Assembly: GCA_038087875.1 (NCBI GenBank)
Contig: CM075995.1
Coordinates: 7,938,001 to 8,002,000, forward strand
Direction of reading: 5' to 3'
Source of the DNA: Malacoraja senta
Lineage: Eukaryota
DNA: 64,000 nucleotides
Below, piece after piece: positions 1 through 11,274 of this stretch. The notes below the pieces were generated by a model, which did not search any database, was not told the DNA's origin, and saw only the letters and a list, made by a program, of their open reading frames with translations. The position numbers were made by a program, and so were the translations under genes. Position 1 is the first letter of the stretch. Each line of letters opens with the position of its first letter.

Positions 1-1084
1 CCCCGTGACCCGTGTGGGTTTTCTCCGGGATCACCGGTTTCCTCCCACACTCCAAAGACGTACAGGTTTTTTGGTTAATTGGCTTGATATAAATATAGGA
101 TGGTGTTAGTTCATAAGTGATAGGAGCAGAATTAGGCCCATCAAGTCTACTCCGCCATTCAACCATGACTGTTCTATCTTTCCCTCTCAACCCTATTCTC
201 CTGCCTTCTCCCCATAACCCCCGACACCCGTAATAATCAAGAATCTATCGAAACGAATGAGTGCAGTGAGGTTGAGAACATGAGCCTGATTGGGTTGAAA
301 TATATTGACATGATTAGCAATTTCCCCAATGCATGAGATCACAATATTTCATCGCTGATGAGAGAGACCACATTGTAACAGTAATGGTTTCTGTTGTGAA
401 AATTATCCGTGATAATTTTCCATAAAGCTTTTCAATCCTCATCTATTTCCCTACTCAGTTAATGACGAACTAAAAGCTCTGCAGCTCACAGGCATGTGGC
501 CATCAAGAACAAGCCTTCCTTGATAGATATTAACTTGGTTCCTGGAATCAGAGGGGTAACTTTTTCTCACACACAGGGTGGGTGGGTGCATGTAGGCCCT
601 GCCCATGTTAGACTTCCCAAAATGCAACACCTCACATTTCTCTGTATTAAATTCCATCAACCATTCCCCAGCCCACCTGCCCAACCGATCAAGATCCTGC
701 TGCAATTCTTCACATCCATCTTAACTATTCCTCCTGCAATTTTTCACAACCATCTTCACTATACATCACAATATTCCATCGCTGATGCGAGACATCACAT
801 TGTAACAGTAATGGTTTCTGATGTCAATATTATACCTAATAATTTTCCATAAAACCTTTCAAATATTTACCTGCTACGTTTCTGATGAACTGAACTCACG
901 GGCATGTGACCTTCCTTGATAGTTATTAACTTTGTTCCCAGAATTTAATAGGAACCCGAGGAGCAATTTTTAAGAAACATTTAGGTAGGTACATGGATAG
1001 GATAGGTTTAGAGGTATATGGGCCAAAACGCAGGCAGGTGGGACTAGTGTAGATGGGACATGTTGGCAGGTGTGGGCAAGTTCA

Positions 1085-1510
1085 TGTTCATAATTAGGCC
1101 ATTCAGCCCATCAAGTCCACTCCACCATTCAATCATGGCTGATCTATCTTTCCCTCCTAACCCCATTCTCCTGCCTTCTCCCCATAACCCCCGACACCGT
1201 GCTAATCTACCTTAAAAATATCCATTGGCAGCCGCCACAGTCTTCTGTGGCAATGAATTCCACAGATTCACCACCCTCTGACTAAAAAAAATTCTGCTCA
1301 TCTTCCTAAAGGAATGGCCTGTAATTCTGAGCCTAAGCCCTCTGGTCCTAGACTCTCCCACCAGTAGAATCATCCTCTCCACATCCACTCTATCCAGGCC
1401 TTTCACTATTCTGTATGTTTCAATGAGGTCCCCCCTCAACCTAAACTCCAGCGAGTACAGGCCCAGCGCCTTCTAACGCTCATCATATATTAACCCACTC
1501 ATTCCCTGGT
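1085..1510 (-). mobile_element. CR1/HER1 LINE 3' fragment
   Basis: Translates to RGDLIETYRIVKGLDRVDVERM...FFSQRVVNLWNSLPQ, the CR1 ORF2 C-terminus, followed by the typical 3' UTR. Confidence 0.85.
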
Positions 1511-2139
1511 TCGTTCGGCCGAAGGGTCTGTTTCCACGCTGAAAGACTCTAATAAAGTGACAACCAAACTAACTGCTGCCTTTCCAAATCTCTAGCTGCT
1601 GTTCAGACACTGAAGTAGGAGTGACCAGGGTGTTTTGGGCAGCTTACAGCCCAGTGGGATAAATATTGATCTCTCCAACTTCAGATAGCCCCGACATTCC
1701 CTCTCTCTCTATCCCTCCCCCACCCAAGTCGCAGCAGCTTCTCGTTTTCACCCAACAAACAGCTAACAATGGCCTGTTCCTTTATCATCGTTACTTTTTT
1801 ACATATCTTTCATTCATTTGTTCTTTATCTCTCCACTGGTTATTATCCCTAATCTCGACCCAAAACGTCACCCATTTCTTCTCTCCAGAGATGCTGCCCG
1901 TCCCGCTGAGTTACTCCAGCTTTTTGTGTCTACATTAAGTGGAAACTATAGGCCGGTTAGCCTGACTTCAGTGGTTGGTAGGATTTTAGAGACCAGTATA
2001 AAGGATGAGGTTTATGAGTATTTAGAAACACACAATAAAATAGGCTGAAGTCCAATAACAAAGTTATGCGTAGGAAGCAACTGCAGATGCTGGCTTACAC
2101 CTAAGATGGACACCAATAGCTACTATTGAATGCATAGTT

Positions 2140-2441
2140 TAGTTTAGAGAAGAGATACAGTGCGGAAACAGGCCCTTCAGCCCACCAAGTCGACGCCGAC
2201 CAGAAATCCCCGCACATTAGCACTATCCTACACACGCACTAGGGACAATTTACAATGACACCAAGCCAATTAACGTACAAGCGTATACGTCTTTGGAGTG
2301 TGGGAGGAAACCGAAGCACCTGGGGAAATCCCAAGCAGGTCACGGGGAGAACGTACAAACTCCATACAGACAGCACCCGTGGTCGGGATCGAACCCGGGT
2401 CTCCGGTGCTGTGAGGCAGCAACTCCACCGCTGCACCACCC
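2140..2441 (-). mobile_element. tRNA-derived V-SINE (HE1-like)
   Basis: Reverse strand shows an A-box-like ggtggtgcagcggtgg, B-box ggttcgatcc, V-core ggtttcctcccacactccaaagac and CR1-type tail gaagggcctgtttcc. Similar copies at ~1-110, 4900-5218, 6789-7085, 10880-11170, 11740-11965, 12085-12392, 17858-18165, 39550-39845 and 40089-40388. Confidence 0.85.
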
Positions 2442-3951
2442 TAAGATGCATAGACACTGAGCATGTACAAAAGAGTTAGACAATAGACTATAGGTGCAGG
2501 AGTAGGCCATTTGGCCCTTCGAGCCAGCAACCGCCATTCAATGTGATCATGGCTGATCATCCCCAATCAACTATGCAGAAGGAAAACTTGCAGTTTTTGC
2601 ACAATTTTCTGTTTTGTTCTGAATAAAAGTTTAAGGTGAAATAGGGAAAGATTTAATGGGAACCTGAGGGGTGACTTTTTCCACACAATAGGTGGTGGGT
2701 GTATGGAACAAGCTGCCAGAGGAGGGAGTTGAGGCAGGTGCTATCACAACGTTTAAGAAACATTTAGACTGGTACATGGATAGGTCAGGTTTAGAGGGAT
2801 ACGGGCGAAATGCAGGCAGGTGGGACTAGTGTAGATGGGACATGTTGGTCGGTGTGGGCTAGCTGGGCCGAAGGGCCTATTTCCACACTGTAAGACTCTG
2901 TGACTATTTATAAGCACACACTCAATGTGCGCTGCTGAAATGCCGTCGCTTGCACAAGTCTGCACCGTTAGGTTGGGAGCGCTACTCACCCCCGTCGCAA
3001 ACACACACTGACCTCAGCCCTCTCGGTCTCTGCACAGGGTAGTTTGTCGCAGACTCTGGCCCAACTGTGCAGAAAGAAAACTTGTGCAGTTTGGGGGGAC
3101 GAGCCTCTCTGCCTTGGACGTTGCTGTCGACGCTCAGTGCAATAGATCTCAGTCCCCTCCCCTTCCTTTCCTTTCTCCGTTAACACCAATCCCAGCACAA
3201 TAACTACTGACCTCATCCCGAAAGTAACGGGACGGCCACGCTCCTAAAACATAACCTGCCCGCGTTAGAAACGAAACAATTGTGGCAACGAGGGGAGTAG
3301 AGCTAGAGAGTTTCATGCTGGGAAAAACAAAGTTATATTCAGAGATATTTAAACAAACTATTATTGTTTATTTTTTGTGACATACTCACAAATACACGTA
3401 TATATATCATACACACATATGTATCATATATTGATACATATATACACACGTATATATCATATATGATATATATGTATATGATATATATATGTGTATTTGT
3501 GAGTTTTTTTTACACACACTGAACCTTTTTTCTCGTTTACTGAACTGTTTGCAGAGTACTATGTTTACATGTTCTGGTGTGCTGCTGCAAGTAATGTCAT
3601 TGTTCTATCCGGGACACATGACAATAAAACACTCTTGACTCTTGAGTCATAGAGTGATACAGTGTGGAAACAGGCCCTTCGGCCCAACTTGCCCACACGG
3701 GCCAACATGTCCCAGCTACACTAGTCCCACCTGCCTGCGTTTGGTCCATATCCCTCCAAACCTGTCCTATCCATATGTACGTGTCTCACTGTTTCTTGAA
3801 TGTTGTGATAGTACATGCCTCAAAATAAAGATAATTTTAGGAGCCACAAATTGATCTAGTTGAGTTAACTGTAACGTTACTGTGAGGCAGACAGATACCG
3901 CTGCTGAGCGGTCACGGTGGCGCAGCAGTAGAGTTGCTGCCTTACAGTGCT

Positions 3952-4579
3952 TTTTTTTTTATTTTTTTATTTTTTTTTTATTTTTTAGAAGTACGGTAGA
4001 TTACAGTAATGTACAACACGTATATATTAATACATTTTTTGTACCGCTTCACTTTTTTAAACTTTAAGAAAGAAAAAGAAAGAAGTAAGAAAAGTGAAGA
4101 AAGTGCGCAAAGGTTGTGAAGTGCAAAAGAGTGTTGGGAAAAGAAAGCCCCTTAGAAAAGAGGTTAGAGAAGGAAGTAAAGTTAGAAAATAGACCCTAGA
4201 AAAAAAAAGAGAAAGAAAGAAGGAACAATCGCTCTATTATAACTCTTATACCATACTTCATAGAGAAGGAACTACCAACCAAGTCTGTTTTTATTTTACC
4301 TCCCATTACCAGGTCCAGATACCTTTTATTTATTTATTTGTTTTTCTAAATTACTATTGCACCTCATGCTTGTAATAGGTCCAAAAACGTAGACCACGTC
4401 TTTTGAAATTGATCTACTTTGCCTTCTAGGAGGAATCTCATCTCTTCCAGATGTAATGTTTCCAACATATTTGATGTCCACATTTTTATTGTTGGTGTGG
4501 GCGCATTTTTCCAGAATTTAAGTATAAGCTTTTTTCCCATTATTAGCCCATAATTGAGTAAATTCTTCTGATACACGTT
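3952..4579 (-). mobile_element. 5'-truncated L1-clade LINE with poly(A) and 15-bp TSD, inserted into a SINE
   Basis: Poly(T) at 3951-3985 and ORF2 C-terminus KKLILKFWK...TFLDLLQA. TSD ctgccttacagtgct at 3937-3951 and 4580-4594. Near-identical to 38161-38808. Confidence 0.92.
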
Positions 4580-6089
4580 CTGCCTTACAGTGCTGGCAGC
4601 GTCGGAGACCCGGGTTCGATCCCGACTACGGGTGCTGTCTGTACTGAATTTGTACGTTCTCCCCGTGACCCGCGTGGGTTTTCTCCGAGATCTTCGGTTT
4701 CCTCCCACACTCCAAAGACGTACAGGTTTGTAGGTTAATTGGCTTAGTAAATGTAAAAATTGGCCCTAGTGGGTGTAGGATAATTCCAGTATAGTCCCTG
4801 GTGGACTCTTCGGGAGTGATGACCACAGGACAAGACAAGTCCACAGTATCCCAGAGAAATGAAGGGACAGAGATTTCAAATTCCCCAGACATGTCACTGG
4901 AGTTTAGTTTAGTTTCGAGATACAGTACGGAAACAGGACCTTTGGCCCACCCAGTCTGCGCCGACCAGCGATCCGCGCACAGGTGCACACTAACACTATC
5001 CCACACACACTCGGGACAATTTACAATATTTTGACCGAAGCCAATCAGCCTGCTAACCTGTATGTCTTTGGAGTGTGGGAGGAAACTGGAGCAACTGGAG
5101 AAAACCCACGCGGTCACAGGGAGAATGTACAAACTCTGTACAGACAGCACGCGTGGTCAGGATGGAATCCGGGTCTCTGGCGCTGTGAGGCAGCAACTCT
5201 ACCGCTGCGCCACCGTGCAAAGTAAAACCTTGCCAAGTTGAAGAAAGTTATGTGAGAAACTAAAGAACTGTGCCTACAGGGAAAGCAGGGCTTGAGAATT
5301 TCAGGCTGGCAATAACAAAGTTATGGGTAGGAAGCAACTGCAGATGCTGGTTTACACCGAAGATACACAAAATGCTGGAGTAACTCAGTGGGACAGGCAG
5401 CATCTCTGGAGAGAAGGGTCTCGACCAAAAAAAGTCACTCATTCCTTCTCTCCAGAGATGCTGCCTGTCCCGCTGAGTTACACCAGCCTTTTGTGTCTAC
5501 CTTTTATTGTGGTTAATACTACGTTTACAGACCTGTTATACTGCTGCAAGAAAGGATTTAATTGTTCTGTGTCCACACATATTAAACACTGGAGATTGAC
5601 AGAAAAATGCTGGAGTAACTCAGCGGGACAGGCAGCATTTCTGGAGAGAAGGAATGGGTGACTTTTCCAGTCGAGACCCTTCTTCAGACTGAGAGTCAGG
5701 GGAGAGAGAGACATAGAGATATGGAAGTGTTTCAGAAAGAACTGCAGATGCTGGAAGGTGAGGTGTGAAAACAAGAGATGAAAGGTGACGATGTTTAAGG
5801 GAAACATAGAATCAAGTAGATCATTCACACACTCTCTTTTTCACACAGAGAGTTGTGAATCTGTGGAATTCTCTGCCTCAGAGGGCAGTGGAGGCCGGTT
5901 CTCTGGATACTTTCAAGAGAGAGCTAGATAGGGCTCTTAAAGATAGCGGAGTGAAGGGATATGGGGAGAAGGCAGGAACCCGGTACTGATTGTGGATGAT
6001 CAGCCATGATCACATTGAATGGCGGTGCTGGCTCGAAGGGCCGAATGGCCTAGGTCTGCACCTATTGTCTATTGTCTATTATTGTTATC

Positions 6090-6290
6090 TGGGGGAAGGT
6101 GACAACGAAGCATACAAAGTCGAATTTAGTCAGGAGTACTGTCAGACTGGTCAGAGAACGAGGATGTGGGAGGGATGGATTTGCAATGCAAGGGTTACTT
6201 GAAGTCATTCATACCACTGGGGTGTAAGCTGCCCAAGTGAAATACGAGGTGCTGTTCCTCCAATTTCCGTTGGGCCTCACTCTGACATTC
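6090..6290 (-). mobile_element. Penelope-like element 3' fragment (GIY-YIG endonuclease C-terminus)
   Basis: Reverse translation QSEAQRKLEEQHLVFHLGSLHPSGMN resembles PLE ORF ends. Paralogous copies at ~13270-13460 and ~16930-17125. Confidence 0.65.
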
Positions 6291-6579
6291 TTTGGCGTAA
6301 ACCAGCATCTGCAGTTCCTTCCTACATAATTCAGCCATATTGGTGTTTTCAGCTAATTACCTCGATATTTACAAAAAATACAGATTTAATTGAATGTATC
6401 ACGTTGTGTAATCAAATACATTGAAATTTAAAATGCAAAGGAAGGTGTCTCTGACTAAAAGGAATGCAAATATGACCCACTGATTGCAAATATAACTCTA
6501 CAAGGGAGAAAACATTGAGACATTGTCTGGAATTTAGAGTAATAATCAATACCAATGTTAACACCTAAAATTAGAAAGT

Positions 6580-6607
6580 CTGAAGAAGGGTCTCGACCCG
6601 AAACGTC
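6580..6607 (+). ncRNA. Minimal hammerhead-ribozyme-like motif in a Penelope/MER6-like terminus
   Basis: CTGAAGA-a-GGGTC-tc-GACCC-GAAA-CGTC gives the CUGANGA core, stem II, GAAA and a GUC cleavage triplet. Stems I and III are very short. Confidence 0.55.
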
Positions 6608-7355
6608 ACCCATTCCTTCTCTCCAGAGATGCTGCCTGTCTCGCTGAGTTACTCCGGCATTTTGTGTCTACCTTTGTTTTAAACCAGCGTCTGCAGTTCC
6701 TTCCTACACATTTCGTCAACTCATGTAACTTCTTTTGCATGTTGGCGAAAGTTCAGTTTAAATTCTTTATGAAACATGTCTAATTAGTGCGGCACGGTGG
6801 TGCAGCGGCAGAGTTGCTGCCTTGTAGCTCCGGAGACCCGGGTTCGATCGTGACCATGGGTGCTGTCTGTACGGAGTTTGTACATTCTCCCTGTGACCTG
6901 CGTGGGGGTTTTCCGGGTGCCCCAGTTTCCTCCCACACTCCAAAGACGTAGGTTAATTGGCTTTGGTAAAATTGTAAAATAGTCCCTAGTGTGTGCAGGA
7001 TAGTGCTAGTGTGCAGAGATCGCTGGCCGACACGGGCTCAGTGGGCCAAAGTCCCTGATTCTGTGCTGCTTCTCTAAACTAAACTAATGCAGAAATCAGA
7101 GCAGGAGGCCGGGCTCCAGAAACAGACACATGCACCATGTTGTTCTGTGTTATGTACAGAGGGAGACACAGTGTATTCAAGGGTAAAGTGTGAAAGGTCA
7201 ATGAAACACTCTTGATTCTTGATTCTTTACTCTGGAACAATGGTGCCTGATTACTACAGGAAGGTTTCCCCCCCCTAGATACGGGCTGGTCCATGGATTT
7301 GTGTGATGGGAGATCATGTCTCACGAATTTGATTGAGTTTTTGAAGAAGTAACCA

Positions 7356-8194
7356 AGTCTGCCTACAGTCTGTTTGTCTTTTTATCTTTTTTATTTTAGT
7401 CTGTTTAAAGTATGGTTTTTTTTCTTTCTATTTTATGTGGGGGAGGGAGGGAGGTAGGGTAAGGGGGAAACCATCCTTAGGTCACTTCCTGGCGAGGATG
7501 CAACTATTATTCGAGTCGCGCCCTCGCCCCCCTCCTTGCGGCCTACCTACTGGATTGGCGCGGCCTTTCCTGCCGGGATCGGACCAGAGCATCAGCAACG
7601 GCGGCGCAGCGCTGGATACATCCCGGAGCGAGCAATGTCTCACTTGGTATCGCCGTTTGAAGCTCCGGAGTGTTGAGCCTGCTGCATCAACATCGCCAAG
7701 CTGTGTTTTGCAGAGCTCCCAGGGCGGGCGGTGCTGACCAACATCGCGGAGTCCTGGGACTCTTTGCCGGGGGCCGCCAGCGTTGAATCTCCGCCAGCTC
7801 GGCCTGTGGACTTCGGGAGCTGCAGACTCCGGAGGGAGGTGGCCGATTCAGAGGTCCAGGCCGCTGAGGACGTTCTTCCGTTCGGCGTCAGGGTTCCATC
7901 GTTCCCGGTGAGAAGGCCTGAACATCAGGCCGCCCGTAGCGGCGACTGCGGGGGGCTCGGGAGGCCACGACCACGGGTGAACATCGGGGAACAGCAGCGA
8001 GGAAGTTGACTGGACATTCGTTCCTTCCATCACCGTGGGGAACTTTGGTGCCGCTGTGGGGATGTTTGTGTTGTGGACTATTGTTCTGTGTTTTAGTTTT
8101 TAAATTTTTTTTATTCGTATGACTGTATGGGAAATAGCAATTTGTTGTCTCTTACTTGAAGACAATGACAATAAATTGAATCAAATCAAATCAA
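7356..8194 (+). mobile_element. GC-rich non-autonomous retroposon with Rex1/L2-type tail
   Basis: T-rich then G-rich head, ccttccatcac motif, and an atgacaataaa + (aatca)n tail. Absent from the paralogous arm at ~10610. Confidence 0.6.
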
Positions 8195-8515
8195 GGTTGA
8201 CAAGGGTAAGACCAACTTCTTCTTAGGCCCCCCTCGGTCATAGCCATGGGTGTCTCCAGGGTTGGAGGACGCCAGTCCGTGACTTTGTTTAACGTGGGGA
8301 GACTGGTGCACAGACAGCCACCCCACGGTCCTTGACAGATCTGGGTCAGGATCCAGTGGTATGGAGTCCAAGACGACCGGAGAACCGTTTCTGCTGCAGC
8401 CTTCATCCGCCTTCCCAGCCGTTGTGACGCTCCACTAAGGTCAGCCATCGTCCTCCGCCTGTTCCACCGTTGAGGTCTTGGTTGGATTGCTCTTTGTCAG
8501 AGACCTCCCCCTCGA
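8195..8515 (-). mobile_element. RTE-derived non-autonomous element (partial)
   Basis: Reverse complement of 10285-10608. Confidence 0.55.
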
Positions 8516-8866
8516 AACATTGTCTATTTCCTTCGCTCCATAGATGCTGCCTCACCCGCTGAGTTTCTCCAGCATTTTTGTCTATCCATATGTACGTGTC
8601 TCACAGTTTCTTGAATGTTGTGATAGTACCTGCCCTGGGGCAGATCTAGTATGAAACTAATGAAGCTTAAGCTTCAGGAAACCTAATCCCAGAAGCGACT
8701 TTAGTCCAGATATTCTTCGGATTTAAATCGGAATTCCGATTTTGTTTGTTTTCCTAGAAATGAATCCGATTTTTCACCTGGACTCAACCCCTCGCCTCTT
8801 GTCTCGAATAAACTTCACCTCACACTTAAACCTCAACTCACTAAACCTTGTCTCGACTAAACCTCC

Positions 8867-9300
8867 CACCTCACACCTAATCCCCGCCTCGACTAATGGC
8901 CGCCTCCCTCCCTCCCTCCCTCCCGCTCGCTCCCACGGGGAGGGGCTGCAGCCGCCACGGGCGGGACTCGGTCTCGACGTCAACGTCTGCGCGCGTGCGC
9001 CCCTCCCACCCCCACCGCCTCTCTCGGGCAGTGCGCCTGCGCCGCTCTCCGCGCTCGGCCCCGCCCCCCCTGGTTGGAGCCGTTGGTTCCGCTGAGCGCG
9101 AGCGGGAGAGAGGCGGCGATTATTCGAGGCGCGGATTAGGTGTCAGGTGTCGTCGTGAGGTGTCGTAGAGGTGAGGGGATTAGTCGAGGTGTAAGTGTGT
9201 AGGTGAGGGGATTAGTCGAGGTGTAAGTGTGTACGTGAGGGGATTAGTCGAGGTGTAAGTGTAGGTGAGGGGAAGTGAGTGTAGGTGAGGTGAGGAGAAG
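8867..9300. promoter_or_regulatory. CpG-island promoter-like module flanked by ~40-bp inverted repeats (copy 1)
   Basis: CpG-dense, with gacgtca (CRE-like), tgcgcgcgtgcgc and tgcgcctgcgc (NRF1-like) and a ccccgccccc GC box. Segments 8867-8906 and 9110-9149 are imperfect reverse complements. Confidence 0.55.
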
Positions 9301-10132
9301 TGGGTGTCTGAGCTCAGGAAGGGAGACCAAGGTGCTGCTGAAGGAGATGAGACCACTGCCTTCTGTGGCAGAGAATTCCACACATTCACAACTCTGGGTG
9401 AAAACGTTTTTTCTCATCTCAGTGCTAGGTAAAGAGACATTTCGGGTAACATTTTTTGTAAAGATTTTTTTAGCTGTATGAGGCCATTTATTGAAACATA
9501 TAAGATTATTAAGGGTTTGAACACGCTAGAGGCGGGAAACTCGTTTCCAATGTTGGGGGAGTCCAGAACCAGGGGCCACAGTTTAAGAATAAGGGGGAGG
9601 CCATTTAACGGAGATGAGGAAATATTTTTTCACACAGAGAGTTGTGAACCTGTGGAATTCTCTGCCTCAGAGGGCAGTGGAAGCCAATTCTACACAGGTT
9701 CAGTTTCAACTTTCTTTAAAGCACAGAATTATGTATGACACAAGAAGAGGACTTTACACATGTTTAAGCACTCCACCTGTCCCTATCCCCTGCTGTCTTC
9801 TTGCAGCTTTGCGATGTATTTCTGACACAATGGTCCATTCTACATTTGCTTAGCAACATCTGTTTTGATCTCTCGTTTTCACACCTTATCCCTCCATATC
9901 TCTGTCTCCCTTTCTCCTGACTCTCAGTCTGAAGAAAGGTCTCTACTGGAAAGGTCACGCATTCCTTCTCTCAAGAGACGCTGCCTGTCCCGTTGGGTTA
10001 CTCCGGCATTTTGTGTCTGTCTTCGGCATAAACCAGCATCTGCTGTTGTTTCCTACACACTGTATCGAACTAGCTCGCTCTTCTTGGACGCCATGCAATC
10101 TGACCTTCCAGAGCAGCTTACTATGTTGAATC

Positions 10133-10608
10133 TTATGGAAGGCCGTCCTGAAGTCCGTATGGACAATGCATATGGTCTCCGTGGATTGTCACCTTGTCGT
10201 GGTGGAGAAGCTTGCATCCTGAGATCCTGAGAGCGATGCCGCTTGGAGCTATGCTCCTGGTAGGGCCACCCATGGCAGTAAGGTCGAGGGGGAGGACTCT
10301 GAAAAAGAGCAATCCATCCAAGACCTCAACGGTGGAACAGGCAGAGGACGATGGCTGACCTTAGTGGAGAGTCACAACGGCTGGGAAGGCGGAAGAAGGC
10401 TGCAGCAGAAAAGGGTCCCCGGTCGTCTTGGACTCCATGCCACTGGATCCTGACCCGGATCTGTCAAGGACCGTGTGGTGGCTGTTTGTGTACCAGTCTC
10501 CCCACGTTAAACAAAGTCACGTACTGGTGTCCTCAAACCCTGGAGACACCCATGGTCAGCCCTGACCGAGGGGGGCCTAAAAAGAAGATGGTCTTACCCT
10601 TGTCAACC
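10133..10608 (+). mobile_element. RTE (BovB/Expander-like) 5'UTR-derived non-autonomous element
   Basis: ggattgtcaccttgtcgtggtggag...tagggccaccca...tctgaaaaa resembles RTE/BovB/Sauria-SINE 5' ends; short aagaag tail. Confidence 0.6.
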
Positions 10609-11274
10609 TTCTTGGTTACTTCCTCAAAAACTCAATCAAATTCGTGAGACATGATCTCCCATCACACAAACCCATGGATCAGCCTCTATCTAAGGGGGGA
10701 GAAATCTTCCTGTAGTAATCAGACACCATTGTCCCAGAGTCAAGAGTGTTTCATTGAGCCTTCACACTTTACCCTTCCATATCCCTGCGTCTCGCTCTGT
10801 ACATAACACAGAGCATGAGCAGATAACTGTGCATATGCCTGTTTTCGGAGCCCAGCCTCTTGCTACGATTTCTGCATTAGTTCAGTTTAGTTTAGTTTAG
10901 AGAAACAGCGCGGAAACAGGCACTTCCGCCCACTCAGCCCGCGCCGGCGAGCGATCACTCCACACGAACGCTATCCTGCACACACCAGGGACTATTTTAC
11001 AATTTTACCAAAGCCAATTAACCTACGTCTTTGGAGTGTGGGAGGAAACTGGAGCAACCGGAGAAACCCCACGCAGGTCACGGGGAGAACGTACAAGCTC
11101 CGTACAGATCGAACCCGGGTCTCCGGCGCTGCAAGGCAGCAACTCTGCCGCTGCACCACCATGCCGCCCTAATTATTAGACATGTTTCATAAAGAATTTA
11201 AACTGAACTTTCGCCAAAGTGCAAAAGAAGTTACAGGAGTTGACAAAATGTGTAGGAAACATAGAAACATAGAG

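Larger units (their letters stand above)
3370..6775 (+). repeat. Local segmental duplication block, copy A
   Basis: Same order of unique and repeat segments as 11275-13830 (direct) and 16443-18300 (inverted). Confidence 0.85.
6720..8515. repeat. Left arm of an inverted duplication (right arm 10285-11260)
   Basis: 6720-7355 is the reverse complement of 10608-11260, and 8195-8515 of 10285-10608. The segment 7356-8194 is an extra insertion in the left arm. Confidence 0.8.

Noticed and set aside
6450..6492. Octamer (ATGCAAAT) snRNA or Ig promoter
   Set aside because: There is one perfect site in AT-rich DNA and no recognisable snRNA, PSE or V-gene leader nearby.
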